Source: Trueperaceae bacterium (GTDB lineage: Bacteria > Deinococcota > Deinococci > Deinococcales > Trueperaceae). Taken from it: a stretch of 64,000 nucleotides of DNA. Below, piece after piece: positions 39,279 to 48,465 of the stretch. Numbering within the stretch: the stretch's first letter is position 1; each line of letters opens with the position of its first letter. The notes below the pieces were generated by a model. The model made no database searches, was not told where the DNA came from, and saw only the letters and a program-made list of their open reading frames with translations. The position numbers and the translations under genes are program-made. The stretch spans positions 896,001 to 960,000 of the forward strand of contig OZ243927.1 in NCBI GenBank assembly GCA_965213925.1. The letters run 5' to 3'.

Positions 39279-39662
39279 TTATGCGCCTGATTGAATCGCA
39301 AATCTCTCACGTGCCTCTTTGACCTCATCCATATGGGTTTCTGCCCAAGCGCAAAGCGCGTGAAGGGGTTCGTAAAGGGTCTCGCCAAGAGGCGTTAGAC
39401 TATATTCGACGTTAAGAGGTTTCGTTGAATGCACTACGCGCTCAACCACGCCGTTACGCTCCAACTCTTTCAGCGTGCGGGTCAACATGCGCTGTGACAA
39501 GCCTTCGATCATCGCGTCAAGTTCACTGTAGCGTTTAGGACCATCGCCGAGCGCACAGAGGATAATCGAGACCCAGCGGTTAGCGATGACTTTGAGGGTT
39601 TGTCTAGCTTCGCTGTTTGCGTTGAGCACTAGTTTCTCTGCCGGGTTGGTATCTAGTGCCAT
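39279..39662 (-). CDS. HxlR family wHTH regulator
   Basis: IANRW..IL, RYSEL, GLSQRML..LKELE..G, VEYSLT. Confidence 0.9.
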   Translation of the reverse strand: MALDTNPAEKLVLNANSEARQTLKVIANRWVSIILCALGDGPKRYSELDAMIEGLSQRMLTRTLKELERNGVVERVVHSTKPLNVEYSLTPLGETLYEPLHALCAWAETHMDEVKEARERFAIQSGA

Positions 39663-39684
39663 AGAGGATACTGTTGGCGAACCC

Positions 39685-41316
39685 CTAAGCCTGCAGCCTA
39701 GCAAAGCGAGACACCCGCGTCTGCTCAGGCTTGATGTCTTCGAACCAGTCCGCTAGCCTCTGAAAATTGATCGCCGCGGCAGTGGCGACGTTTTGCAGGT
39801 GGTTTTTCCTTAGGCTAATGTAGCGGCTCTTCCTTAACCCTGTCGCTCTCACCCCTTGCGAGAAGGTGCCCTCGATCCCGGCTCGGCGGTCGTAGCGCCG
39901 TTTCCATTCGCGCGTCCCCTTCTCCTCGCGGTACTTCGTGAGCACCTCGTGCTGCGCCTCTGGCCTGAAACGCAGCTTACGCGAGTTCGTCGGTGACTCG
40001 TTTATACAGCTGCGGCTAGCGCTACAGGCTCGGCAGTCGCCCCGCGCGAACTTCGTGGTGATCACCTCCTGGCCCTTGAGTTCGAAGACGCTCCACTTGC
40101 CGCTCCTTTTCCCCATTGGGCAGATGGCAACACGTTTCTCCCAATCCAGAGTGAAGTCTTTAAGGGCGAAACCCGACTTGGCTTGGGCATGGGTGTTGGG
40201 TTTCAGGGGACCGATGAGTTCCAAACCTAGCTCCTTCTTACAAGCCACGACCAGGTCCGAGTTGAGGTAGCCGCCGTCAACGAAATGTTCACGTGGTAAC
40301 AGCGCCCGCTCCTCTAACGCTTCGTGGATAGATTCCAGCTGGCCTATATCAGAAAGGGCAGGCTCGGTCGTCTCAACGTGAGTGATGAGGTGCGGCGAGC
40401 CGTCGTCGCAGGTCTCGGTGTAGTGGACCTTGTAGCCGATCCAGTCGAGGGCACCCTTCTTGCCGTAGTGCGCCTTGGGGTCGTAGGGAGAGTCGAGCCG
40501 CTCAGCCGCGGGCTGCAAGTTGCCCTTCTCGCGCCACTTAACCTCGCCGCCGATGACCTCGTACTGCCCTACCCAGCAGCGGCGCAGCAGCTCGACCTCC
40601 GGCAGCTTAATAAGGGAACCCAAGCCGGAGTCGTAAACCGAGCGCAGCAACCGGAAGCCGTCGCGCCCGATCTGCTCGGCGAGCTCTCGCTCCTTCTCTA
40701 CGCCCCTAGGCACCCGTTCCTTCTCAAAGCGTTTCGCGTAACGCTTGTACCAATCCTCTTCGACCTGCGTCCTCAACCATTTAGGGGCAACCACCGCGAG
40801 CCGGTTTAAGGTCGTGCGTAAGGTCTCACCAGCGACCTCGAGGCGGTTGAGCCTGCGCACGCCCGCTAAAATGTGGGTGGAGTCGGTTCTAGCTTTGCCG
40901 CAGGATTTGAGCAACTTAGCCGACCTGCACGTCTCAATCAGCTTATCGAGCAGCAGATGCTCGGCGTCTCCTTCCAGCAGGCGGCTGCGGAAGCGCGACA
41001 AAATGGAATAGTGGAAGCCGGGATCATCCAACTCCAACCCTAGAAGGTATTTCAGATCAATACGCCCCCTCACCGCGTCGGCAGCTTGCCTGTCCGAGAG
41101 CCCCTCGGCGAACTGCACGACCGTGACCAGAGCTAAGCGCCAGGGCGCTTCGGCGGGTTGTCCTACTGCCGGAAAGAGGTGGGCGAAGGTCTCGTCTGTG
41201 AAGAGCGTGCAGAGGTTATCGCGCAGAGTGAGGTAGCGGTTGCCTTTGGGGAAGGCAGCTTGGGCTATGCGAACAGTTGCGGCAGGGATTGGCAAGTCCG
41301 TCTGGGGTCTAAGCAT
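39685..41316 (-). CDS. IS1182 family transposase
   Basis: LSDRQAADAVR.RID.KY.LGL, RTDSTH, SPYDP.A, GYKVH.TE, VD.GY, Y.RRAG.EGT. Confidence 0.93.
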   Translation of the reverse strand: MLRPQTDLPIPAATVRIAQAAFPKGNRYLTLRDNLCTLFTDETFAHLFPAVGQPAEAPWRLALVTVVQFAEGLSDRQAADAVRGRIDLKYLLGLELDDPGFHYSILSRFRSRLLEGDAEHLLLDKLIETCRSAKLLKSCGKARTDSTHILAGVRRLNRLEVAGETLRTTLNRLAVVAPKWLRTQVEEDWYKRYAKRFEKERVPRGVEKERELAEQIGRDGFRLLRSVYDSGLGSLIKLPEVELLRRCWVGQYEVIGGEVKWREKGNLQPAAERLDSPYDPKAHYGKKGALDWIGYKVHYTETCDDGSPHLITHVETTEPALSDIGQLESIHEALEERALLPREHFVDGGYLNSDLVVACKKELGLELIGPLKPNTHAQAKSGFALKDFTLDWEKRVAICPMGKRSGKWSVFELKGQEVITTKFARGDCRACSASRSCINESPTNSRKLRFRPEAQHEVLTKYREEKGTREWKRRYDRRAGIEGTFSQGVRATGLRKSRYISLRKNHLQNVATAAAINFQRLADWFEDIKPEQTRVSRFARLQA

Positions 41317-41372
41317 TTGTCAGTATGACAGCATCGCCGTACGGATACTACTTTATCGAACCCCGAGATGTT

Positions 41373-41807
41373 TTATCGAACGTTCACTATACGCTCTACC
41401 GTGATGACCCCCTCTGCGGGTTCGCTCCGCCCCCGGATAACGACAGTCGCTGTTCCGGTTTGCTCGAAGCGCACAGTTCTGACGTGCTCGTAGGGTAGTA
41501 GTTCCGTGGTGCAAGCGCCACGTGTCTGTTCGTAGTCGTAAGGCGTCACCACAGCTTCCAAAGCACTTATATCTACATGAGTTTCTCCTTTTTCCACACA
41601 CCCGCCTCCGTATGTCGTGACACTTATCTGAAAATCACGGCCCCGCTCTATCTCTTCAGGAACCTGCACCTGTACAGGCTGACTACCATAAAGCTCGATG
41701 AGGCCGATCTTCCGGCTACGCCCCGTGAACAGACTGCAAGCGCTGAGTAGGATCATGAGGGCGGTTAGTGCAACTGCTAACTTGATAGGAGGTATGACTT
41801 TTCTCAT
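41373..41807 (-). CDS. hypothetical lipoprotein (transposon cargo)
   Basis: Lipobox LSAC; RBS GGAG. Confidence 0.75.
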   Translation of the reverse strand: MRKVIPPIKLAVALTALMILLSACSLFTGRSRKIGLIELYGSQPVQVQVPEEIERGRDFQISVTTYGGGCVEKGETHVDISALEAVVTPYDYEQTRGACTTELLPYEHVRTVRFEQTGTATVVIRGRSEPAEGVITVERIVNVR

Positions 41808-42018
41808 TCTTTCTCCCTACTCGTCACCGAGATGACCCCAGAACCGAATTCCACGCTCTGAGGTCAAGAAACTTGTTGGTACATATCATTGAGGGCATGC
41901 CAACAGGCTGCATCGCACCCTTCCGCAGCTTACGGCGCATTGCCTCTCACGTACTAGAGATTCAACCCTTCGCCGAGTCGAGCAGGTTACCCGCTAGTAC
42001 TCCTCAGGTTGAATGCTG

Positions 42019-43344
42019 TCAGTCCACATCGAGGTTTCCTAGATCAGATTCTACACCTTGAAAGGAACTGAAGATGAAGTAAACTCTCTTACCCGTGATG
42101 GTAAACCTCCAATATCTCCCCCAAGCAATACCGTAAAGCGTGTCGATATCTCCGACAGACGAGGTTCTCAATACGGGTGAGCCACTATCTCCAGGCTCCT
42201 GATTGGCGCGAACGCGAGTTTGACAGAGGAGAATGACGTTCGAGTTGTCACGCTCAAAATTAGCGCAAGAGTTCGCTACAGCGCCCTCAGTATCGCCAGT
42301 TGTCCGCCCTACTTTGTGTAATCTTACCCCCACCCAATCAGAGTCCGGTAGACCGCCTTTGCTACCGTCTATCCGTTCGGTGCGATATATTTCGAGAGGG
42401 TCTGAGGTTGAGATACCCGCTCTCTGCTTCGTGACGGCGTATCTTCTCGAATTACTGATCGAGGGGCGGTACCTCACGAAGTTACTGTCGCTGTAGCGGC
42501 AGCGACTGCCCGAAGGACAACTCCCGCCTGTGAAGCCGCTGTAATCCCTAATTTCGTCGCTAATATAGTCGCCCCCCTGATAATACCGAGTGCTGTCGCG
42601 CGCATCGGTGCTGCTACTACAATGCGAGTTTGTGACGAAGCCGTAAGCGTTGAGGCTGTAGTGATAAGCGTTGAAACCTAAAGTGCAAGCGCCTCCACCT
42701 GCGGGGCTAGTTGCCACACCTCCTACAACCGGGCGCACCCTGTCATTCAGGGTAAGTGTAGACTCAACCTCGCCCACCTCGAAACCTACCGCCCCATCCG
42801 GTACATTCAGGTCAGCTAACTTTTCTCCAACTTTGACAGCTGTCTCTTCGCTCTCCACCCCGATCAAGACTCGGTTGTTTCGCTCATCAACATCCGTGAA
42901 GATGACGCCGGGATAAGAGAAGACGTGGTCGTCAGCCCTTCGTCGCCACTGCGCAAGGGTCGCGAAATCGTACTTCCCTTGAAGTACTTTGACCTCCCCT
43001 TTAGGGAGCCTCGGGCTCCAAAGCGGATGATCCCTATCTCGCGTAAGGAGGTTTGCGCCGAAGACGGCAGAAAGTGCCGCTTTAGCCTGCTCTTTCTTGG
43101 AGGAGTTCAGCAGATAAACGTTTATATCCCCGTTCTCGTCGTAGAAAGCACCCCCGAAACCGGGAACCTCTTGTGCTACCTCGACAAACTTTTTATCTAT
43201 GGACCAGGTCTCGCTCCCGGGAAGTATAGCTTGAGTGTCTAAATTCTTGGGTTCTGAATCGGCTGGAGAGGAACAACTGCTAATGACGAGAGTGAGAACG
43301 AGGAAGGTGATGAGAAGGCCTGCTCTTTTAGTAAACATGATCAC
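42019..43344 (-). CDS. S1 (chymotrypsin-like) serine protease lipoprotein with pro-region (transposon cargo)
   Basis: Lipobox ISSC; CTLGF, TNSHC, YSDS, K.GRTTG.T.G, GDSGSP. Confidence 0.85.
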   Translation of the reverse strand: MIMFTKRAGLLITFLVLTLVISSCSSPADSEPKNLDTQAILPGSETWSIDKKFVEVAQEVPGFGGAFYDENGDINVYLLNSSKKEQAKAALSAVFGANLLTRDRDHPLWSPRLPKGEVKVLQGKYDFATLAQWRRRADDHVFSYPGVIFTDVDERNNRVLIGVESEETAVKVGEKLADLNVPDGAVGFEVGEVESTLTLNDRVRPVVGGVATSPAGGGACTLGFNAYHYSLNAYGFVTNSHCSSSTDARDSTRYYQGGDYISDEIRDYSGFTGGSCPSGSRCRYSDSNFVRYRPSISNSRRYAVTKQRAGISTSDPLEIYRTERIDGSKGGLPDSDWVGVRLHKVGRTTGDTEGAVANSCANFERDNSNVILLCQTRVRANQEPGDSGSPVLRTSSVGDIDTLYGIAWGRYWRFTITGKRVYFIFSSFQGVESDLGNLDVD

Positions 43345-43697
43345 GCTTCTTTCTGAGAATCAGCTTTTAGTCGGTGTGCCTATTCCTACCCGCTCGCCCC
43401 TTCCCCCATCAAAGCGTGCCCACTAAACCAAGACTGCGCCAGCACTATTGAACAGAAAGTTAAAGCCGGCTCTGAGGTTATTTGAGTTCTATGAGATTCT
43501 TGACGAAAGCTTGCGTCGCGTCTGTGAGATTTTTTACATCACGACATATTACACGCATCATTCTTATGACCTGACGCACCACTTTATTCGCCAACAGTAT
43601 CCATAGAGGAAGTATAACAACTTTCACAGAAGGCACGAACATTGAGGTCCGTAGCTACCGAAAAGTGGATTGCCTATACTAGCGGCGGAGGTCGATA

Positions 43698-44114
43698 ATG
43701 GTTGTTAAACAGATTCACCACTTCGCGCTTGTCGTTCAAGAATTGGAGGCGTCGGTTCGTTGGTACGAGGACATGCTGGGCTTTAGACTTGAGCGACGCT
43801 TTGGATTTCAAGAAGTCAACGTAGAAATTGCTCATGTCCTTACCCTGAACGGCGCACGTATAGAACTTATCGAGCAAGTAGGTTCTAAGCCGAGCCCAGA
43901 CGAGGGTCAGGATGCTTTTGGAGCACTCTACACACGCGGGGCAAAGCATATCGGTCTTTTGGTAGACGACATCGGAGCGGTAGCAGAAGAACTTAAAGCC
44001 AAGGGTGTTGAGGTAGTACATGAAGTCACCAAGGTTGAACCTGCTGGTGTAAGAAATTTCTGGATCAGAGACAATTCAGGTAATCTTTTGGAGTTAAACC
44101 AGTGGCTCGAGTAG
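43698..44114 (+). CDS. VOC/glyoxalase family protein
   Basis: IHHFALVV..LE.SV.WY..MLGF, HIGL.VDD, D.SGN.LEL. Confidence 0.9.
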   Translation: MVVKQIHHFALVVQELEASVRWYEDMLGFRLERRFGFQEVNVEIAHVLTLNGARIELIEQVGSKPSPDEGQDAFGALYTRGAKHIGLLVDDIGAVAEELKAKGVEVVHEVTKVEPAGVRNFWIRDNSGNLLELNQWLE

Positions 44115-44136
44115 CTCGCCTTCAACCTCTCGAGCG

Positions 44137-45198
44137 TCAGTTTCGACTAAATGCGACATACTCCTCCAATTTTTGCGCCGCCTTACCCTCCTCAATTAAC
44201 TCCGTCGCTAGCACGACACCTTCAGCAATCGTCGGCGCTTTATCCGCCAAGTAGAGCGCCGCGCCCGCGTTTAAGAGCACCACGTCACGCTTCGCGCCGT
44301 GCACCTCTCTACGTAAGATGCCGCGAATCATCACGGCGTTCTCCTCGGGCGTGCCGCCCATGATTTCGGCGCGGTCATACACGGCTAAGCCGACGCTTCT
44401 AGGATGGACGACGTAGCTTCTTAATGTCCCTTCTGTATCTAGCTCTGTTACCTTCGTCTCGCCGCACACGGTGAACTCATCAATTCCGTCACCGTAGACG
44501 ACTAAGGCGCGTTCTGTGCCGAGCCCGCCTAAGACTTGCGCAAGAGGTTCGGTGAGCGCAGGGTCATACACGCCCAAAAGCTGCCTGTTCGCCCCTGCTG
44601 GATTCGTAAGAGGTCCGAGCGAGTTGAAAATCGTGCGCGCTTTGAGGTTCGCGCGAATGGGCGCGACGAACTTCATGGCGGGGTGGTGAGCCCGGGCGTA
44701 GATAAACGCTAGCCCCACCTCGCGGATGCTCTCTGCCAAACGTTCGGGCGTCGCCTTCAAGTTGACGCCGAACGCCTCCAGCACGTCCGCCGCCCCCGAC
44801 TTGCGCGTCACCGCGCGGTTGCCGTGCTTAGCAACCCTCACGCCGCCTGCCGCCACCACAAAGAGGCTCGCCGTGCTGACGTTAATCGTGCTGACGCCCG
44901 TGCCGCCCGTGCCGCAGGTGTCGAGAAGAGGTCCGTCTACGTCTACCGAAACTTTGATAGCGCGTTCACGCATCGCTTTAGCGAAACCGATGATCTCATC
45001 TACCGTTTCACCTCTTGTGCGCAGAGCAGCTAAGAGCGCAGCGGCTTGCATCTGAGATAGTTCGCCGTCCATAAGCTGCCCCATGACCTCTTCGGCGCGG
45101 TCTTGTCCTAACGTTTTGCCTTCGAAGACATCGGTGAGCAGGGGGGCGATGTCAAAGTCGGTATTAGCTTGGGTTGTGTCCACCTTGAATTCCTCCAA
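44137..45198 (-). CDS. trpD: anthranilate phosphoribosyltransferase
   Basis: DTCGTGG, NVST, AKHGNR, GPLTNPA; exact start uncertain. Confidence 0.95.
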   Translation of the reverse strand: MEEFKVDTTQANTDFDIAPLLTDVFEGKTLGQDRAEEVMGQLMDGELSQMQAAALLAALRTRGETVDEIIGFAKAMRERAIKVSVDVDGPLLDTCGTGGTGVSTINVSTASLFVVAAGGVRVAKHGNRAVTRKSGAADVLEAFGVNLKATPERLAESIREVGLAFIYARAHHPAMKFVAPIRANLKARTIFNSLGPLTNPAGANRQLLGVYDPALTEPLAQVLGGLGTERALVVYGDGIDEFTVCGETKVTELDTEGTLRSYVVHPRSVGLAVYDRAEIMGGTPEENAVMIRGILRREVHGAKRDVVLLNAGAALYLADKAPTIAEGVVLATELIEEGKAAQKLEEYVAFSRN

Positions 45199-45255
45199 GT
45201 TTATCGTGTGATGATTAAGGGCTCGAGTCTCAAGAATATACCCCGCTTGGACCGG

Positions 45256-45642
45256 TCAAACCTCAACCTTGTACGGAAGGTCTAGCTCGTCACCTGGCAC
45301 GCCGCGAATGCCCCAATTGTGCCTAGGCGTTTCGAAAATCGTGATTTCTACGTCATTTTCCGCGATACCTAACGCGCTGCACCTCTCGAAAAGCAGTCGG
45401 ATAAGCCGCTTTTTCACCTCTTTTGAGCGTCCTCCAAACATGCTGACCTCAAGAATCGTGTACCTCTTTGTACGGTTAGATGGATAGATGAAGTCTTTGG
45501 GCCCCAACCCCACAAACCGCTGAAACCTCTTGTCAGCAGGCAACCCCAGAGCGTCCACCAAGCAACTATGAATCACGTCAGAAAGCTCAGCCCTAACCTC
45601 TTCTAAATGACCTCTTAGTCCGTAGACTTTGACCTGCGCCAT
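45256..45642 (-). CDS. tautomerase family protein
   Basis: P.DKRFQRF, GRS.E.KK, NWGIRG. Confidence 0.85.
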   Translation of the reverse strand: MAQVKVYGLRGHLEEVRAELSDVIHSCLVDALGLPADKRFQRFVGLGPKDFIYPSNRTKRYTILEVSMFGGRSKEVKKRLIRLLFERCSALGIAENDVEITIFETPRHNWGIRGVPGDELDLPYKVEV

Positions 45643-46278
45643 CTACGTCTTGCGCGTATCCGCGAACGCCGTGCCGATGCCCAGTGCGATAAAAACTGTT
45701 CCCGTAAACCAGCGTTGCGCTTGCCAAAAGACCGTCTTCGCCTTGAGCCAGTTTCCTAAAGCGCCTGCGAGCAGTGCAACAGCAATGTCCACGAGTGCGC
45801 CGTTCACGACAAAAAGGAGACCGAGCAGGAGAATTTGTACCCCTACCGCGCCGCTCCCCGGATTGACAAACTGTGGCAAGAAGGCGAGGAAGAAGAGCGC
45901 GATTTTGGGGTTCAAGACGTTCGTAATCATGCCCTGATAGTAGATTTTATAGGAGGTCGCGCGGGACAGCTCGAGCTTCTCCACCTCTTCCTCACGGCTC
46001 AGCAGCGTGCGCACGCCCAGGTAGATGAGGTACGCTGCGCCCAAATACTTCACCACGCTAAACGCTACCGCCGATGATGCGAGCAGTGCTGACAATCCGA
46101 GCACCGCCGCCGCAATGTGGACGATGACACCCGTGTAGATTCCAAGAATCGAAACTAGCCCTGCCCCGCGTCCCTGTCCGACGCTCCGCGCGATGATATA
46201 GAGCATGTCCGGTCCGGGGGTGATGCTGAGGAGCAGCGCGGCGGCTGAGAAGACGAGGATGGTGGTGAGGTCTAGCAT
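45643..46278 (-). CDS. LysE/RhtB family translocator
   Basis: TPGPD, GAAYLIYLG, LNPK..FF.AFLPQF. Confidence 0.93.
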   Translation of the reverse strand: MLDLTTILVFSAAALLLSITPGPDMLYIIARSVGQGRGAGLVSILGIYTGVIVHIAAAVLGLSALLASSAVAFSVVKYLGAAYLIYLGVRTLLSREEEVEKLELSRATSYKIYYQGMITNVLNPKIALFFLAFLPQFVNPGSGAVGVQILLLGLLFVVNGALVDIAVALLAGALGNWLKAKTVFWQAQRWFTGTVFIALGIGTAFADTRKT

Positions 46279-46811
46279 CAGTTTTCCGTCCAATCTAGGT
46301 GTACGCCGTGTTGCGCTAGAAAGGGGTCTAAATGACAGTCATGCTCACCGAGACCGTTAACGAGCCAATGGGTGCGTTCTAAGGTCAAATCGCGCTCACC
46401 GGGGAGGAAGTGTCCGGCGTCTATAGCTTGCAAATATTCGTCTGTGTCAATAACCCTAGCCCATTTGCCCTCGAGTACGAGCACATCAAGATAGAGGTCT
46501 CTGAGCGTCCAAACCTCTCTATTCTGCTCAACCTCTCCGATGATGTCAACGTAGTAGTCGTAAGCGCCGTAAGGATGATTGCCACTGCGCCAGTTGAAGC
46601 GTGTGACTTGTAAGTTGAGCGAGGGGATTACTTGAGAGATATGACGAGTTACATGCTTGTTGTCGGGCGTCGGGTGTGCGTAGAGGACTCCGTGAGGGTG
46701 GGCTCGAGCGGTCTCCAAGTCATACCGCTCGATCTCTCCACCTTTATCCCGCACTTTTGTCTTTGTATCCAAATTAAGCGTAACCACCGTCACCGGATGA
46801 ATCACTTGCAA
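46278..46811 (-). CDS. DUF402 family protein
   Basis: YYVDI, DLYLDV, D.DEY. Confidence 0.75.
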   Translation of the reverse strand: MQVIHPVTVVTLNLDTKTKVRDKGGEIERYDLETARAHPHGVLYAHPTPDNKHVTRHISQVIPSLNLQVTRFNWRSGNHPYGAYDYYVDIIGEVEQNREVWTLRDLYLDVLVLEGKWARVIDTDEYLQAIDAGHFLPGERDLTLERTHWLVNGLGEHDCHLDPFLAQHGVHLDWTEN

Positions 46812-47377
46812 ACGTCCAAGAAGTTCTGGAGCATCTGCTTACCCGTATCTGTCAAGATGCTTTCAGGGTGAAACTGCACGCCCCACACCGGATAGGTCTT
46901 GTGCCTAAGCCCCATAATGACCTCTTCGCCGTCGTCGTTCACCCAGGCGTTCGCCTCCAAAACATCGGGCAAATCTCTGACAATCAGCGAGTGATAGCGC
47001 GTCGCTGTCACGCTCTCGCCTAAATCCTTAAAGGACGCCGTCCCGTCATGACGAATCTCGCTCGTTTTGCCGTGCATGATTTTAGGGGCGCGTACCACCT
47101 GTGCGCCGTAGGCTTGCCCGATGCTCTGATGCCCTAAGCACACGCCGAAGATAGGCGTTTTTTCTCCGTAGCGCTTGATGACCTCGACGGAGTGACCGGC
47201 TTCAGTCGGCGTGCAAGGACCGGGGGAGACGACGATGCCGTCGGGATTAAGGTCGTCAATGTCCTCTAAGCTGAACTGGTCGTTGCGCCAGACCGTCGGG
47301 GTGACGCCGAGTTCGCCTAAGTACTGAACCAAGTTGTAGGTAAATGAGTCGTAGTTGTCAATCACAAGAATGTTCAC
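46802..47377 (-). CDS. trpG: anthranilate synthase component II
   Basis: IDNYDSFTYN, SPGP, GVCLGHQ, RYHSL, QFHPES. Confidence 0.95.
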   Translation of the reverse strand: MNILVIDNYDSFTYNLVQYLGELGVTPTVWRNDQFSLEDIDDLNPDGIVVSPGPCTPTEAGHSVEVIKRYGEKTPIFGVCLGHQSIGQAYGAQVVRAPKIMHGKTSEIRHDGTASFKDLGESVTATRYHSLIVRDLPDVLEANAWVNDDGEEVIMGLRHKTYPVWGVQFHPESILTDTGKQMLQNFLDVCK

Positions 47378-47402
47378 GGTAGACCTCTTCTAAAGGTAGA
47401 AA

Positions 47403-47999
47403 CTATTTGTACCTTGTGCCAAGGGCGTAGACCTTCTCGAGCCACCGCTCCCGAAAGGCGTCCGAGGAGAGCCGAATCGGTCCGATGAAGGTACTTCTCA
47501 CCGGACGGACGCCGCAAAACTCAAATAGGAGCCCTTTAAGCATGTGATAGCTGGGGCGGTTGTATCTGAGCCAGTAGAACCAGGCGGGCTGATCTGCTGT
47601 TGCGATGATGCGTGCGGAGCGTCCCGTGAGCAATTTATCCCAGCGAATCTTCGAGCCTTCGTGCTTTCTGAACGCGAAACCCGGCAAAAAGACTCTATCC
47701 AGAAAACCTTTGAGGAGCGCCGGGACTGAGCCCCACCACACGGGGTGGATGACGACGATATGGTCTGACCACTTAATGAGTCTCTGCGCCTCGAGTAGGT
47801 CGGGCTCTAGCTCAGTACGCTTCCTGTAGCCGTAGCGCAAGTTCGGGTTGAAGTTCAACTCAGCGACGACGACCTCTTCTACCTCCGCACCGCTGGATAA
47901 GGCTCCCCGCTTATACGCCTCAGCGAGCGCGAAGCAGTAGCTTTCGGGGTCAGGGTGTCCTTGGATGAGGAGCACCTTAGTCTGCTGCTCGTTGCTCAT
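47403..47999 (-). CDS. flavodoxin-like NAD(P)H quinone oxidoreductase
   Basis: GHP..ES, P.WW.SVPA.LKGFLDR; likely start MSNEQQ. Confidence 0.88.
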   Translation of the reverse strand: MSNEQQTKVLLIQGHPDPESYCFALAEAYKRGALSSGAEVEEVVVAELNFNPNLRYGYRKRTELEPDLLEAQRLIKWSDHIVVIHPVWWGSVPALLKGFLDRVFLPGFAFRKHEGSKIRWDKLLTGRSARIIATADQPAWFYWLRYNRPSYHMLKGLLFEFCGVRPVRSTFIGPIRLSSDAFRERWLEKVYALGTRYK

Positions 48000-48465
48000 G
48001 GTTGACCGCGCGTAGATTGAGAACGAAATTAGCGGCGTTGGGGCGTTCTTGCCAGCCTCTTTTACTGTAGTACGCCCGCTCATATGAGGTCTTGTTGCGC
48101 ATGTTGAGAAGGGACAACCTTGCGCAGCCTCGAGCCTTACCCTCTTGGATAATACAACTAAGTAAAGAGGTGCCTAGACCCCTCGAGCGTTCCTCAGGAT
48201 GCACAAAAAGCTCCGAGACAAAGCCTTCACCGTCTGCGTGGAGAAGTGTGGGCTGCCAGTGAGCACTGATGTACGCGGTCAACCTCTCTTTCTCAGTTGC
48301 AACGAGAAGGGTATGCTCTGCGCTTCGGGTGATGTGCGCCAACTGCTTTTTGACTCTTGCCAGCGTCACTTCAAAAGACTCTGCGGCGATGGTAGACAGA
48401 CTTTCTAGCGCGTGGAGCGAAGAGGTCAACCCTACGGCATCCTCTTCTCGGCAAGGGCGAATCAC
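47977..48465 (-). CDS. GNAT acetyltransferase
   Basis: ELFVHP..RSRGLG; overlaps the trpE stop. Confidence 0.85.
   Translation of the reverse strand: MIRPCREEDAVGLTSSLHALESLSTIAAESFEVTLARVKKQLAHITRSAEHTLLVATEKERLTAYISAHWQPTLLHADGEGFVSELFVHPEERSRGLGTSLLSCIIQEGKARGCARLSLLNMRNKTSYERAYYSKRGWQERPNAANFVLNLRAVNHEQRAAD

Larger units (their letters stand above)
39666..43602. mobile_element. IS1182-based transposon carrying two cargo genes
   Basis: Perfect 16-bp IRs GGATACTGTTGGCGAA (39666-39681) / TTCGCCAACAGTATCC (43587-43602); flanking direct repeat ATAGA (39661-39665, 43603-43607). Confidence 0.85.
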
